A stretch of DNA of 64,000 bases, filler included, from Asterionella formosa (lineage: Eukaryota), in NCBI GenBank assembly GCA_002256025.1. It is 15 parts of 15 records of this genome, joined end to end, with 100 filler letters (N's around TTAATTAATTAA, not from the genome) between each part and the next. Parts side by side here need not be neighbours in the genome. Positions count along the whole stretch, not along the records: positions 62,669 to 64,000 come from NKIB01002947.1; 14 more parts are not named here. One strand, given 5' to 3'. The notes under the pieces were generated by a model. That model worked only from the letters and a program-made list of their open reading frames with translations. It had not been told where the DNA came from and ran no database searches. Of the stretch, positions 63,015 through 64,000 are shown piece by piece (within the stretch, counting starts at the first letter, position 1; each line of letters opens with the position of its first letter). Position numbers and translations under genes: made by a program.

Positions 63015-63109
63015 CCAGCAAGTTGAGGTAATTTTGCTTAAATCAACAATTTAATCTGGGATAAAGACGGCTAAACCTTTAGTTAAGCAAATTTACCGCA
63101 ACATGCAGG
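63015..63109. mobile_element. 95-bp MITE, TA-flanked
   Basis: TA|CCAGCAAGTTGAGGTAATTTTGCTTAA...TTAAGCAAATTTACCGCAACATGCAGG|TA. Confidence 0.82.
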
Positions 63110-63864
63110 TACTGTACTACTAGTGCCGGTACCAGGTACCAGGTACCTGGTTGTTACGTTGTTACCCTTCCTGTTGCAAGTCGCTGATGCTACCTGGTAC
63201 AAGGGACCTGGTACATACTCTCTGGAACCGGTAGATAAAATACATTTCGTATTGATGATCATTACATGCATTTGTACTGTATCACCTACTATACTATGAC
63301 TACATAACATATGGTCAGGGTACCTGTTACACGAGGTAGCCCTTGTAGAAGTTAGAATTTAATTATTTAGCTTAGATGTTGCGATTTGTTTCTATTAAAT
63401 AAAATGTATGCAAAACCACGTGGCAGTGTACTGATAGTTCTTGTTGTGAGTGGCTGGAAAACAATCCAGCATCATGCCATCTCCGTCTTGACGATGCATG
63501 ACGAAAATAACAAATGTATCCATGGAAAATGAAAACGACGCTATGCTATTTAGTAAATATATTATGGGTGATAAATACAATACAATCATAGAAGAATCAT
63601 TGTGATATCACTAATAATGACAACTAAAATTGAAGTTGCTGATGGTGCATGGCTTCATGTAGTTTTGATGATGGAGAATTCAAAATGACAAAGTTACAAC
63701 AATATTTTACACTTTCACAGTATGCAACATGCTACACTACGGTAATCTGTAGGGCAAACCAAGTTTTGTTTGATTCTCTATTTAACAATATAAATTAATA
63801 GTTAATTGATATTTTCAAATTACTCTTTTGCTTATGAGTACTGATCTATTTGGTGTCTACATGT

Positions 63865-63940
63865 GACTAGAATTTGCTGACAGCGACTAGAAATTGCTGA
63901 CTACAAATAGGATTTGCTGACTACAACTAGAAGTTACTGA
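63865..63940. repeat. 20-bp minisatellite, ~4 degenerate units
   Basis: gactagaatttgctgacagc / gactagaaattgctgactac / aaataggatttgctgactac / aactagaagttactga. Confidence 0.8.
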
Positions 63941-64000
63941 GCAATTTGTGAGCTCTATAACCAAACCATCTTCCAGTTCCTGAATACTATTTTCAGTAGA

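Overview
Eukaryotic, very probably diatom, nuclear DNA (short GT-AG introns, a bipartite plastid-targeting presequence, diatom-type Copia gag). It is not one continuous locus: 14 artificial 100-bp spacers (N-TTAATTAATTAA-N) join two ~22-kb gene-bearing contigs (1-22396, 22497-44878) and a run of short contigs, mostly ~1.37 kb and TE-derived. Recognisable genes: glycine decarboxylase P protein, a plastid-targeted fatty acid desaturase, a polysaccharide pyruvyl transferase, a GRDP/DUF1399 protein, two MFS transporters and several surface/hypothetical proteins. The most interesting signals are in mobile DNA: (1) a Copia-like 5' end (missed by the ORF track) whose PBS position is a perfect 12-nt complement of a sequence inside its own LTR, suggesting tRNA-independent self-priming; (2) four near-identical Gypsy 3' ends, three inserted next to CCNNGTACC, a palindrome class abundant here; (3) TA-flanked CCWG-ended MITE families that may generate those palindromes; (4) a tRNA-derived SINE-like head. 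All assignments come from reading the sequence by eye; no searches were run.
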